Shown here in pieces: positions 9,890 through 19,595 of a stretch of 64,000 nucleotides of DNA. Both the position numbers and the translations under genes were made by a program. Location: NCBI GenBank assembly GCA_044222185.1, contig JBGANV010000004.1, positions 288,001 to 352,000 of the forward strand. Reading direction: 5' to 3'. The first letter of the stretch is position 1. Each line of letters begins with the position of its first letter. Below the pieces are notes generated by a model. The model searched no databases. It had not been told where the DNA came from and saw only the letters and a list, made by a program, of their open reading frames with translations. The DNA comes from Planctomycetota bacterium (lineage in GTDB: Bacteria > Planctomycetota > GCA-002687715 > CAIWVZ01).

Positions 9890-11284
9890 ATGATCCTGAA
9901 GCAGTTCTACCTCGGCTGTCTCGCCCATGCCTCGTACTTCATCGCGGACGAAACGACCAAGGTCGCCGCCGTCGTCGATCCGCAGCGCGACGTCGACCAG
10001 TACCTGGAGATCGCGGCTGCGAGCGGGTGCCGGATCGACCACGTCCTCTTGACGCACTTCCACGCCGACTTCGTCGCGGGTCACGTCGAACTCGCCGCGA
10101 AGACGGGCGCCACGATTCACCTGGGCGCGGCGGGCGCGGCCGAGTACGACGTCCACGCGGTGCGACAGGGGCACTCGATCACGTTTGGGAACGTGCGCCT
10201 CGAGATCCTGGAGACGCCGGGGCATACACCCGAGTCGATCTCCATCGTGATCTACGACCTCGCGAAGAGCTCGGTCACGCCCCACGCCGTCTGCACCGGC
10301 GACACGCTCTTCATCGGCGATGTGGGCCGACCTGATCTCCTGGCGTCGGTCGGGTGGAAGGCGAGCGATCTCGCCGGCATGCTCTATGACTCTCTCCACC
10401 AGAAGCTCATGAAGCTGCCGGACAACACGATCGTCTACCCGGCACACGGCGCCGGTTCGTTCTGCGGCAAGAGCATGAGCTCGGAGACGTCGTCCACCAT
10501 CGGCCAGCAGCGGCAGTTCAACTACGCGCTGCAGCCCATGTCTCGGGAGGCATTCATCGCCCAGGTAACGGCCGGGCAGCCGGAGATGCCCGCCTACTTC
10601 GCCCATGACGCCGCGTTGAACCGCAAGCGTCGGGCGACACTCGACTCCGTGCTCGCCACGGCGCAGCGCAAGCTCTCGCTGGACGAGGTCCTCGAGCTGC
10701 GCGACGCGGGCGCGCTGATCCTCGATTCGCGCGAACCCGTCGACTTCGATCCGTGCCACCTGGCGGGGTCCACGAACGTGGGCTTGTCGGGCAAATACTG
10801 CACCTGGGTCGGCACGCTCTTCGACAAGTCGCGCCCGATCGTCCTCATCACCGACCCGGGAAAGGAGCGAGAGTCCGCGATGCGGCTCGGGCGCATCGGC
10901 TTCGACACGGTTGTCGGGGTTCTCGATGGCGGGATTTCGGCCGTTCAGAAACGCCCCGATCTCCTTCGTCGCACGGAACGGGTCGAGCCCGCCGCGCTCG
11001 CGACCGCGCTCTCGACGCCGACGGCACCGTTCGTCCTCGACGTGCGAAACTCGGCCGAAGTCCAAGAGAAGCGGATCGCGGGGGCCACGTGGATCCCGCT
11101 CTCGCACCTTTGGGAGCGAGCGGGCGAGGTTCCGCGCGGCCGTCGAATCGTCGTCCATTGCGCCGGCGGATATCGCTCCGCCATCGCCGCGAGCCTCCTC
11201 GAGCAGAAGGGCTTCGATGGACTCGGCGATCTCGTCGGCGGCATGGCCGGTTGGGAGAAGGCCAACCTCGCCGTCGTCAAGTGA
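9890..11284 (+). CDS. MBL-fold persulfide dioxygenase-rhodanese fusion (CstB-like)
   Basis: THFHADF, TPGHTPE, GDTLFIGDVGRPDL, PAHGAGSFCGK, two rhodanese domains, catalytic HCAGGYRS. Confidence 0.9.
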   Translation: MILKQFYLGCLAHASYFIADETTKVAAVVDPQRDVDQYLEIAAASGCRIDHVLLTHFHADFVAGHVELAAKTGATIHLGAAGAAEYDVHAVRQGHSITFGNVRLEILETPGHTPESISIVIYDLAKSSVTPHAVCTGDTLFIGDVGRPDLLASVGWKASDLAGMLYDSLHQKLMKLPDNTIVYPAHGAGSFCGKSMSSETSSTIGQQRQFNYALQPMSREAFIAQVTAGQPEMPAYFAHDAALNRKRRATLDSVLATAQRKLSLDEVLELRDAGALILDSREPVDFDPCHLAGSTNVGLSGKYCTWVGTLFDKSRPIVLITDPGKERESAMRLGRIGFDTVVGVLDGGISAVQKRPDLLRRTERVEPAALATALSTPTAPFVLDVRNSAEVQEKRIAGATWIPLSHLWERAGEVPRGRRIVVHCAGGYRSAIAASLLEQKGFDGLGDLVGGMAGWEKANLAVVK

Positions 11285-12069
11285 ACGCCGACCCCTCGGG
11301 CCCGCGCGCCCTCCGCGCTCTCGTCACGGGCGCGTCCAGTGGGATCGGTGAAGCGCTGAGCCTGCGCCTCGCGCGTCGCGGTTACGAGGTCTGGCTCGCG
11401 GCCCGACGCGTCCCGGAGCTCGAGCGCGTCCGCGATGCGATCGCGGCAGCTGGAGGTCGCGCACACGTTTTCGCCCTCGACGTCGCGCAGGGCGACGCCA
11501 CGGCCGCGGCCGTCGCCGCACTCGACCAGCAGGTCGGAGGCTTCGACCTGGTCGTCGCGAACGCTGGAGTGGGCGCGCCGCAGGCGGCCGCGACGTTCGA
11601 GTGGTCGTCCTTGCGCGACACGGTCACGACCAACGCACTCGGGGCCATGGCGACGCTCGCGGCCGTCGTGCCCGCGATGATGGCCCGCCACCGTGGGCAC
11701 GTCGTCGCCGTCTCGAGTCTCTCGGCCGACGTCGCTGGGCCGGGGAGCCCGGCCTACGCCGCGTCGAAGGCGTTCCTCACGCACTTCACCTCGTCGCTTC
11801 GCGCAGAGCTCACGCTGGCGGGAGTCGACTGCACCGTGATCCATCCGGGGTTCATCCGCACGGCGATGACGGCGGGGAACTCGTTCACGATGCCGTTCCT
11901 GATGGAGGTCGACGAAGCCGCGAAACGGATCGACGACGCCATCGATCGTCGGGTCGCCATCTACCGGTTCCCGCGCCGCATGTGGTGGCTCATCCGACTC
12001 TTCAACCTGATCCCGCGGCCGGTCCGCGAAGCGCTGATGCGCACGGCCCTGCGCCGTCGCGCGGGCTGA
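11281..12069 (+). CDS. Short-chain dehydrogenase/reductase
   Basis: TGASSGIG, NAG, YAASK and PGFIRT motifs; GTGA overlap with the upstream gene. Confidence 0.92.
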   Translation: MNADPSGPRALRALVTGASSGIGEALSLRLARRGYEVWLAARRVPELERVRDAIAAAGGRAHVFALDVAQGDATAAAVAALDQQVGGFDLVVANAGVGAPQAAATFEWSSLRDTVTTNALGAMATLAAVVPAMMARHRGHVVAVSSLSADVAGPGSPAYAASKAFLTHFTSSLRAELTLAGVDCTVIHPGFIRTAMTAGNSFTMPFLMEVDEAAKRIDDAIDRRVAIYRFPRRMWWLIRLFNLIPRPVREALMRTALRRRAG

Positions 12070-12099
12070 TACCGTGCATCCCCACGGAGACAATCACTC

Positions 12100-12879
12100 A
12101 TGAACCCACTCTGGCTGCTTTCACTCCTCTTCACGGTGACGACGATGCGCGAACCGAAGCTCCACACGGAGACGATCGACTACAAAGACGGTGACGTCGC
12201 CTTGCAGGGCTATCTCGCGTACGACGAAGCCATCGCCGGCAAACGTCCCGGCGTCATCCTCGTCCACGAGTGGAAGGGGCACGGTGATTACGTCCGCCGT
12301 CGCGCCGACATGATCGCGAAGCTCGGGTACGCGGCGTTCGCCGTGGACATGTACGGAAAGGGCGTCTTCGCCAAGGATCACGAAGAAGCCGGCAAGCTCG
12401 CGGGCGTCTATTTCGGCGACCGCAAGCTCATGCGGACGCGCGCCGCTGCGGGGCTGGAGGTCCTGAAGAAGCATTCCATGTGCGACAGCTCACGGATCGC
12501 CGCCATGGGCTACTGCTTCGGCGGGACGACGGCGCTCGAGATGGCGCGTGCGGGGTTCGACCTGCGCGGCGTCGCGAGCTTCCACGGCAACCTCGCCACG
12601 CCAGAGCCGGCCGACGCAAAGACCCTGAAGGCGAAGGTCATCGTCTTCCACGGCGCCGACGACATGCACATCTCGGCGCAGGTGCCGGGGTTCATGGACG
12701 AGATGCGGAAGGCACGCGCCGACTACCAATTCGTGGCGTTCGGCGGCGCCGTGCACAGCTTCACGGTGAAGGAGGCGGGTGACGACCCGTCGAAGGGTGC
12801 CGCCTACGACGAGGCCGCCGACCGTCGTTCCTGGAACATGCTCAAGCAGTTCCTGGAAGAAGTGTTCGCGAAGCCATGA
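12100..12879 (+). CDS. Dienelactone hydrolase family protein
   Basis: HEWKG, GYCFGG nucleophile, HGADD, AVHSFT. Confidence 0.92.
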   Translation: MNPLWLLSLLFTVTTMREPKLHTETIDYKDGDVALQGYLAYDEAIAGKRPGVILVHEWKGHGDYVRRRADMIAKLGYAAFAVDMYGKGVFAKDHEEAGKLAGVYFGDRKLMRTRAAAGLEVLKKHSMCDSSRIAAMGYCFGGTTALEMARAGFDLRGVASFHGNLATPEPADAKTLKAKVIVFHGADDMHISAQVPGFMDEMRKARADYQFVAFGGAVHSFTVKEAGDDPSKGAAYDEAADRRSWNMLKQFLEEVFAKP

Positions 12880-14324
12880 ATGCCGCCGTCGCCGTTCCCG
12901 CCAGCCGTCCCCGACCGCGCCTCGTGGTGCGGTACCTGCTCTTGTCGCTTCTCGTGACCGCCGTGGTCACGCTGGCCGTGAGCCTGACGGCGCACGGCAT
13001 CGTGTCCAACGACCTGAAGCGGAAGGACCGGGCACTGGCGGAACAGGCGGCGCAGTTCGTCTGGGATCAGCTGCACGAGCACTGGCTCGACCCGCTCGCG
13101 GCCGGGCGAATCACGGAGACTCGCCCGCAGTCCGAAGTGGTCGACGCGATCATCCGTCGCGTGATCGGGCCCTTGAACATCACACGCGCGAACCTCATCG
13201 ACGGGAACGGGCACGTGCTTTACAGCACCGAGCTGGCCTGGCGCGGCAAGCAGCTGGAGGACGCGCACGAGCTCGAAGAGGTGCTGAAGGGGTTCACGGT
13301 CAGCAACCTCAAGGAGGACGGGTCCACGTTCGATCTTGGAGGGACGGCGGACGACGCCCTGCTGGAGACGTACGTCCTCGTGGGTTCGCTCGAGCTGCCC
13401 GGGCGTCCCTCGACGGCCGCCATCGTGGAGCTCTACCAGGTTGCCGACGATTACATGGCCGAACTCCGCCGCTCGCAGCGCCTCGTGATCGCGATCGCGA
13501 TCACGTGCCTCACGGCCATGTTCTTCGCGCACCTTTGGCTGTTCGTCCAAGGCAACCGCACCATCGTCGCCCGCACGCAGGAGCTCGAACAATTCTCCGC
13601 GCGGCTCGAGGATCTGGTGGATGAACGGACCCGCGAGCTCACGGTCAGCCGCAGGCTCGCGGACGTGGGACAGATGGCCGCCGGCGTCGCGCACGAGGTC
13701 AACACGCCGCTCGCGTCCATCGCGACCTGTGCCGAAGGGCTGCTGCGGCGCACGGCCGACGCCGACGTGAAGCGATACCTGGAGATCATCCGGAAGGAGG
13801 CCTATCGGGTGAAGACGATCACCCGCGACCTCCTCGAGTTCAGCAAGCTGCAGGCGCAGCCGGAAGCCTCGTTGCGGCTCGAGACGGTCCGCATCGTCAC
13901 CGTCTTGCGGGAAATCGGTGACCTCCTGGCGTTCAGCATGACCGAGCGTCGCGTGAAGTGGGACGTCCTCGTGGGCGAGGACGTGAAGGTGAGGGCCGAC
14001 CCCATGGCCCTGCACCAGATCCTCCTGAACCTGTCGACCAACTGCCTCGATGCGCTGCCGGACGGCGGAGACATCCGCTGGGTGGCGGAGGAAGTCGGCG
14101 AGAACGTTCGGCTGCGGTGCACCGACAACGGCGTCGGCATCGAGCCTGATCTGCTCGAGCACGTGATGGACCCGTTCGTCAGCACCAAGCGTCACGGCCA
14201 GGGGACGGGGCTCGGGCTCTCAGTCGCGTACGCACTCGCGCGCCGGCAGGGTGGCGCGCTGACCATCGACAGCCCCGGGCGCGGCAAGGGTACCGTGACG
14301 ACGCTCGTGTTGATGCGCGCCTGA
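12876..14324 (+). CDS. Membrane sensor histidine kinase
   Basis: Two TM helices; H-box AHEVNTPL, N-box LLNLSTN, DNGVGI, GTGLGL. Confidence 0.93.
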   Translation: MNAAVAVPASRPRPRLVVRYLLLSLLVTAVVTLAVSLTAHGIVSNDLKRKDRALAEQAAQFVWDQLHEHWLDPLAAGRITETRPQSEVVDAIIRRVIGPLNITRANLIDGNGHVLYSTELAWRGKQLEDAHELEEVLKGFTVSNLKEDGSTFDLGGTADDALLETYVLVGSLELPGRPSTAAIVELYQVADDYMAELRRSQRLVIAIAITCLTAMFFAHLWLFVQGNRTIVARTQELEQFSARLEDLVDERTRELTVSRRLADVGQMAAGVAHEVNTPLASIATCAEGLLRRTADADVKRYLEIIRKEAYRVKTITRDLLEFSKLQAQPEASLRLETVRIVTVLREIGDLLAFSMTERRVKWDVLVGEDVKVRADPMALHQILLNLSTNCLDALPDGGDIRWVAEEVGENVRLRCTDNGVGIEPDLLEHVMDPFVSTKRHGQGTGLGLSVAYALARRQGGALTIDSPGRGKGTVTTLVLMRA

Positions 14325-14343
14325 TCGGCCGCGCGGGTCGACC

Positions 14344-15708
14344 TCACTCGTCGGTGAGCTCGTCGCGCTCGCGGTTCAGCTTGTTGTAGAGCGTCTTCAG
14401 ACTGATGCCGAGGACCTTCGCCGCCTGCGTCTTGTTGCCGCCGCACCGGTCGAGGATCTGGTGGATGTGCAGCATCTCGAGATCGTCGAGTCGGTCGGGA
14501 GTGGGGTCGCCCGAACCAGCTCGCGCCATGGCGAAATACTCCTCGAGGATGCTCCGCTGGAACGTCCCCTGCGGCGAGAGGATCGAGATGCGCTCGAGGA
14601 CGTTGAACAACTCGCGGATGTTCCCCGGCCAGCGATAGCTCTGGAGCATCTGGCGCACGGCGGGCGTGCGCAGCTCGGCAGGCGCCACGCGGCCGCGGGA
14701 CGCGTAGAAGTGTTCCGCGAGGATCGGGATGTCGTCCGCGCGCTCGCGAAGCGGCGGCAGGCGGATCTCCAGGATGTTCATGCGGAAGTAGAGATCCTGG
14801 CGGAAGCGTCCGGTTTCGATGGCTTTCGCGAGGGGAACGTTCGTCGCCGCAACGAGTCGGATGTCGCCCGTGCGCTCCTGCGCGGATCCCAGGCGCCGAT
14901 ATCCGCCGTCCTGGAGGACTCGAAGGAGCTTGGCTTGAGCCGAGTGCGTCAGCTCGGTGAGCTCGTCGAGGAACAGGACGCCGCCGTCGGCCTCCTCGAT
15001 CAGGCCCGCGTGGGACTGTGTTGCGCCCGTGAACGCGCCCTTCTCGTATCCGAACAGCTCGGCCTCCACGAGAGTGTCCTGGAGCGTGGCGCAGTTGAGC
15101 GCGACGAACGGATGATTCGCCCGCGAGCTCTGTGCGTGGATCATCCGGGCGACGAGCTCTTTTCCCGTCCCGCTCTCGCCCGTCACGAGAACGGGTGCTT
15201 CGGCGGCCGCGACCCGTTGGATGACGCCCCGCACCGCTTCGATCGCCCGACTGGTTCCGACGAGGAGATCCTTGTTGGATGGCGCCGGCACCACCGGGCT
15301 GCCGTCGACGATGGTCCGGCGGTGGGCGATCGCTCGCTCCATCACGTGTTCGAGCTCGGCGATCTCGCAGGGCTTCGTGAGGAAGTGGAAGGCGCCGGCG
15401 CGGATTGCCTCGACGGCCGTCTCGATGTCGCCGTGGCCCGTCAGGATGATCACGGGCGTCATGTCGCCGCGCGAACGGAGATCGCGGAGGAACTGGATGC
15501 CACGGCGGTCGGGGAGACGTTCATCGAGGAGGAGCAGGTCCAGGTCGTGCGCCGCGGCCTCCCGGTCGGCCGACTTCGCGTCGGGTGCAGTTCGCACCAC
15601 GTGACCGGCGGCGCGGAGCTCCGACGCCAGCACGTCGCGGAAGGTCGCATCATCTTCCACGATGAGTATTCGTGCGCCCTTGGTCGTCAGTTCGTCGCGT
15701 GTCGCCAT
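14344..15708 (-). CDS. Sigma54-dependent response regulator (NtrC family)
   Basis: REC domain, GESGTGKE, GAFTGA, LFLDE, WPGNIREL, Fis-type HTH. Confidence 0.95.
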   Translation of the reverse strand: MATRDELTTKGARILIVEDDATFRDVLASELRAAGHVVRTAPDAKSADREAAAHDLDLLLLDERLPDRRGIQFLRDLRSRGDMTPVIILTGHGDIETAVEAIRAGAFHFLTKPCEIAELEHVMERAIAHRRTIVDGSPVVPAPSNKDLLVGTSRAIEAVRGVIQRVAAAEAPVLVTGESGTGKELVARMIHAQSSRANHPFVALNCATLQDTLVEAELFGYEKGAFTGATQSHAGLIEEADGGVLFLDELTELTHSAQAKLLRVLQDGGYRRLGSAQERTGDIRLVAATNVPLAKAIETGRFRQDLYFRMNILEIRLPPLRERADDIPILAEHFYASRGRVAPAELRTPAVRQMLQSYRWPGNIRELFNVLERISILSPQGTFQRSILEEYFAMARAGSGDPTPDRLDDLEMLHIHQILDRCGGNKTQAAKVLGISLKTLYNKLNRERDELTDE

Positions 15709-15757
15709 GATCTTTCGGAGGCCTCCGTGTCGGGGTGTCCGGTTCCGCCAGTCCCCC

Positions 15758-15774
15758 ATGCAACGCGCGCGCCT
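15758..15774 (-). promoter_or_regulatory. Putative sigma54 -24/-12 promoter
   Basis: Minus strand reads AGGCGCGCGCGTTGCAT (GG-N10-GC), ~50 nt upstream of the regulator ATG. Confidence 0.4.
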
Positions 15775-15982
15775 TCTCGAGTCAGGAATCGGTGAAGCCG
15801 CGGTCTCACGGGCAGGATGTGGACGCGTCGGCGCGCGGCTGGCCCGATTGCTGGCGCCGGCGCGCGCGAGTCCGTGAAATTCCTGACCGGTCGACTGCCT
15901 GAATGTACACGGCTCGGGGCGAGGCTTCGCCACCGCCGGTCTTCGGGGGGATGACCGTCGCCGCGACCGGGACGCAGAGGCT

Positions 15983-16405
15983 TCAGCCGCCGGGGCCCAA
16001 GGCAGCCAGCAGCGCCTCTTTCAGTCGCGACTGAAGATCGCTCGGCGTCGCATGGGGTCCGGGCTCGCGAACGGCCGAGCCCCAGATCGGATTGGGGAAG
16101 TGCCGGTCGTCGTCGCGCCGCGGGATCACGTGCCAGTGGACGTGCGGAGTCACGTTGCCGAGACTCGCCAGGTTGACCTTCGTCGGTGCCAGGATCCTCC
16201 GCAGGGCGGATTCGGTGGCGAACACCGCGTTCATGAGGTCCGCACGATCGTCTTCGAAGAGATCCGTCATCTCGCGTACGTGCCGCGCAGCGATCACACG
16301 GCAGAACCCGGGGTAGTCGCGGTCATCCACGAGAACGACGCGGCACGTGCGTCCGCGCCACAACACGTCGCCGCCGTCGGAGGTGCAAAGCTCGCAGGGC
16401 TTCAT
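15983..16405 (-). CDS. HIT family protein
   Basis: N-terminal CELC; LGNVTPHVHWHVIPR histidine triad. Confidence 0.92.
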   Translation of the reverse strand: MKPCELCTSDGGDVLWRGRTCRVVLVDDRDYPGFCRVIAARHVREMTDLFEDDRADLMNAVFATESALRRILAPTKVNLASLGNVTPHVHWHVIPRRDDDRHFPNPIWGSAVREPGPHATPSDLQSRLKEALLAALGPGG

Positions 16406-16436
16406 CGCGGGATCCGATCCGCTGCCGTGCGGCGGA

Positions 16437-18794
16437 CTACGTCGCTGCGGCGACGAGCCCCTGAGCCACCCAGGCGGCCATCCGTTCGCGGTGGCTCGCG
16501 AGTTGGGCAGGCGTCGCGCCGCTGCCCGGCCGCGTCATCTGGAAGTACTGGAAGATCATCTCGGCGGCGAACCGGATGTCCGCCTGCGAGAGGTTGTCCG
16601 TGACCATCACGGTCTGGTTGCCGCCGTACTCGGCCCAGTTCGTCGACCGCACCCAGTTGTTGCGGATCGCGTCGCTCCAAAGCTCGGTGCCGGGGAACGG
16701 CGTGATCCCGGTGACGCCCAGCGTCTTTGCCGGTAGCTCGCCCAGGAGGAGGTATGTCCCCTGGATCGACTTGCGCGACTCCTGCGGGAGCCCGACGACG
16801 ACGAGGAGATGGGAGATGATCCCCACCTTGTCCGTCTCGTTGAGGATCGTGCGGATGCGCTTCACGTCGACGCCCTGCTTGGCTCCTGACTTGAGAACGT
16901 CGTCGTCACCGCTCTCGAGGCCGAAGTTGATGCCTTTGCAACCCGCGGCCGCCAGAAGTCCGAGGAGCTCGGCGTCGAGGCAGTTGATGCGGGTCTCGCA
17001 CCAGAACGTGATCGGGAGCGCTTTGGTGATGATCAGCTGGCAGATCTCGGCAGTACGCTTGCGGCTCAGCGTGAACGTTGCGTCACGCATGAGGAAGTGC
17101 CGATATCCGAGGGCGACGGCCTCTTCGAGCTCTCGGACGACGTGTGCCGGGGAGCGCTGGCGCCAGTCCTTGCCCTGTGTCATCGGATAGGGGCAGTAGT
17201 ACCCGCACGAATACGGGCAGCCTCGGGACGTCTGGATGGTCGTGAAACCCTCCGAGCCGAGCAGCGAGTACGAGTAGTCGCCGGGCTTGATCAGCTTGCG
17301 CGCCGGCATGGGGAGCCGGTCCAAGTCGACGAGCTTCTCCTCGGGCGTGATGACGAGTTCGCCGTTGACGAGGCGCGCCGTCCCGCGGTGGTCGTCGCCG
17401 GCGAGGACGCGTTCGATCGTCAGGTCGCATTCGCCCAGGATCACGAACGGGATGCCGGCCTCCTGGAGCAGCCGCTGGAGGAACACGGGGTAGCTGAGCT
17501 GCGTCTTGGCGACGACGCGCGCCCGGCTCCAGCGACGCACGGTGCGGAGAAACTCCACGTCCTGTTCGAACGTCGGCAGGTTCACCTCGCAGACGATCAC
17601 GTCGACGCCGGCGTTGGCGATGTGGGTGAGGAGGTCTCCGGCAGTGAACGGAGTCGTCGCGCCGTCGATGACGGTGACGGGCCAGCCCACGTCCTCGAGC
17701 CGGGCCGCCCACCAAAGCAGATCGAGCGGCGGGAACCGATCCTCCGAGTTGTGGACGAAGCCCAGGCCTCCGGCCATGTCGCGGGACAGGGTCATGCCCG
17801 TCGTCGGCGTGTTGCAGAGGATGACCTTCAGCGGTCCTTCGAGCACGTGCGGCGTCGCGTCTCGGACGAGCCCGGAGGCCTCCGCCAGTTCGATGACCGT
17901 CTGAGGGAACGTTCGCGTCGGGTGCCAGTTCCATTCGCCGAGGCTGCGCTGGCACAGGTGAGCGTAGTGGATCGGTTCGTCGAGCGTTGGCGGTGCGTCA
18001 TCGCCCGTGGGGATGCGCACCGGCAGCCCGAACGACCGAGAGATGAACGCCACGTCGCGCAAGAGGAGCCCGACGGTCGGCGTGGTGCATCCCGTGACGT
18101 TGTAGGTGCCGGTCCCACCGAAGCGGATCGCTGCCGCGACTGCGCTGACGACGTCCAGGACGTGGACCGGCTGAAAGCGGTGCTGGTTCCACTCCTTCAC
18201 GAACGCCGCGACGTCGCCGGACCTGAGCGCGTCGAAGAACGGTCGGGCCATGCCCAGTTCGCCATCGCCCAGGATCTGCCCCGGCCGCAGGATGATGGTC
18301 TCGATCCCCGCCGCCGTCGCCACGTCGGAGAATGCTGATTCACCCGCGAGCTTGGAGCGGCCGTAGTCCGTGTCCGGTCGGGGGTCCGCGCCGTCGGGCG
18401 TGGGAATCTCGCCGGGGCGGCGCGGTCCGGCCGCGGCGAGGCTGCTGATGAGAACCGCTCGCCGAACGCCCAGGTCCTGCGCGAGGGCCGCCGCGTGCCG
18501 GGCCCCGTCACGATTGACCGCCATCAGGCGCGACTCGCCAGCGCCGTAGTCCACGAGCGCCGCCGCATGAACGAGCACGTCGGCACGCAACGCGGGGGGC
18601 GCCGCGATCGGGGACGTGATGTCACCCTCCACGACCTCGATCGAGCCCGGCGAGGCCTGCGGTATCGAGAGACGCGCTCGATCGCGGACGACCGCGATCA
18701 CGGTGTCGCCCCGGTCGAGAAAGTGCTTGAGCAGGCGACTGCCGAGATAGCCTGTGGCGCCGGTGAGGAGGATCGTCGTTCCGGATGTGGACAC
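16437..18794 (-). CDS. NAD-dependent epimerase/dehydratase fused to cobalamin-binding radical SAM domain
   Basis: LTGATGYLG, HAAA and YGRSK (extended SDR), then PPLDL B12-binding-like domain, SRGCPYSCGYYC, FLMRDATF, GLESG, TPFPGT. Start GTG at 18794 inferred. Confidence 0.85.
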   Translation of the reverse strand: MSTSGTTILLTGATGYLGSRLLKHFLDRGDTVIAVVRDRARLSIPQASPGSIEVVEGDITSPIAAPPALRADVLVHAAALVDYGAGESRLMAVNRDGARHAAALAQDLGVRRAVLISSLAAAGPRRPGEIPTPDGADPRPDTDYGRSKLAGESAFSDVATAAGIETIILRPGQILGDGELGMARPFFDALRSGDVAAFVKEWNQHRFQPVHVLDVVSAVAAAIRFGGTGTYNVTGCTTPTVGLLLRDVAFISRSFGLPVRIPTGDDAPPTLDEPIHYAHLCQRSLGEWNWHPTRTFPQTVIELAEASGLVRDATPHVLEGPLKVILCNTPTTGMTLSRDMAGGLGFVHNSEDRFPPLDLLWWAARLEDVGWPVTVIDGATTPFTAGDLLTHIANAGVDVIVCEVNLPTFEQDVEFLRTVRRWSRARVVAKTQLSYPVFLQRLLQEAGIPFVILGECDLTIERVLAGDDHRGTARLVNGELVITPEEKLVDLDRLPMPARKLIKPGDYSYSLLGSEGFTTIQTSRGCPYSCGYYCPYPMTQGKDWRQRSPAHVVRELEEAVALGYRHFLMRDATFTLSRKRTAEICQLIITKALPITFWCETRINCLDAELLGLLAAAGCKGINFGLESGDDDVLKSGAKQGVDVKRIRTILNETDKVGIISHLLVVVGLPQESRKSIQGTYLLLGELPAKTLGVTGITPFPGTELWSDAIRNNWVRSTNWAEYGGNQTVMVTDNLSQADIRFAAEMIFQYFQMTRPGSGATPAQLASHRERMAAWVAQGLVAAAT

Positions 18795-18917
18795 GGAGGG
18801 TGGAGTTCCTGGGCTGGCAGGGACGGGGAAGGCGGACAGTCTACCGTTCCGTGTTCCGGGTGCCACGGTTCGGCGCGGGCATCGGACGCGCTTGCCGCTG
18901 TTAGGATCCGGCCCCTG

Positions 18918-19595
18918 ATGCGACCGCGACTGGTCCTTTTCGACATCGATGGAACGCTCGTGACGCCGCGAGGCCTCGGCCGCCGGAGCCTCGAGGCTGC
19001 GTTCACGGCGCGCTACGGCTCGTCCGGGGTGTTCGAAGGCGTGCCGTTCCACGGTCGCACGGACTTCGACATCATCGACGAGGGGATCGGGCGAGTGCGC
19101 GGTTCCCTGGACGATCGGCTGGCGATCGTGCGGGACTACCTTGACCAGCTGAAGGTGGAGGTGGTTTCCGGGCCACCGTTGATCCTGCCGGGTGTTCCTC
19201 AGCTTCTTCCGCGCTTGGAGGCGGCTCCGGGCGTCACGCTCGGCCTCGTCACCGGGAACGTGCGGGAGGGCGCCCGGATCAAACTGGCGCGCGACGGCAT
19301 GTTCGACTGCTTCCACACAGGTGCCTTCGGCGACGACCACCGCGACCGCCGCGAACTGGCGCGTCTCGCGGTGAAGCGCGCGCAGGAGCTGCGCGGAGTC
19401 AGGTATGCCGCTCAGGATGTGTTTCTGATCGGCGACACGCGGAACGACGTGCTCGCGGCACGCGCTGCCGGGGCCGTCGCGATCGCCGTCGCAACCGGAG
19501 GCGAGACGGCGGAATCTCTCGCCGCGTCGCAACCCGACCACGTCCTCACTTCCCTCGATCCGATCGATTCCTTCCTCAACATCGTCTTCCACTGA
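18918..19595 (+). CDS. HAD family phosphatase
   Basis: LFDIDGTL, LVTGN, IGDT.ND motifs. Confidence 0.9.
   Translation: MRPRLVLFDIDGTLVTPRGLGRRSLEAAFTARYGSSGVFEGVPFHGRTDFDIIDEGIGRVRGSLDDRLAIVRDYLDQLKVEVVSGPPLILPGVPQLLPRLEAAPGVTLGLVTGNVREGARIKLARDGMFDCFHTGAFGDDHRDRRELARLAVKRAQELRGVRYAAQDVFLIGDTRNDVLAARAAGAVAIAVATGGETAESLAASQPDHVLTSLDPIDSFLNIVFH

Noticed and set aside
18795-19592. N-terminal extension of the 1051-aa ORF
   Set aside because: Overlaps the HAD gene on the opposite strand; the real start is likely GTG 18794.
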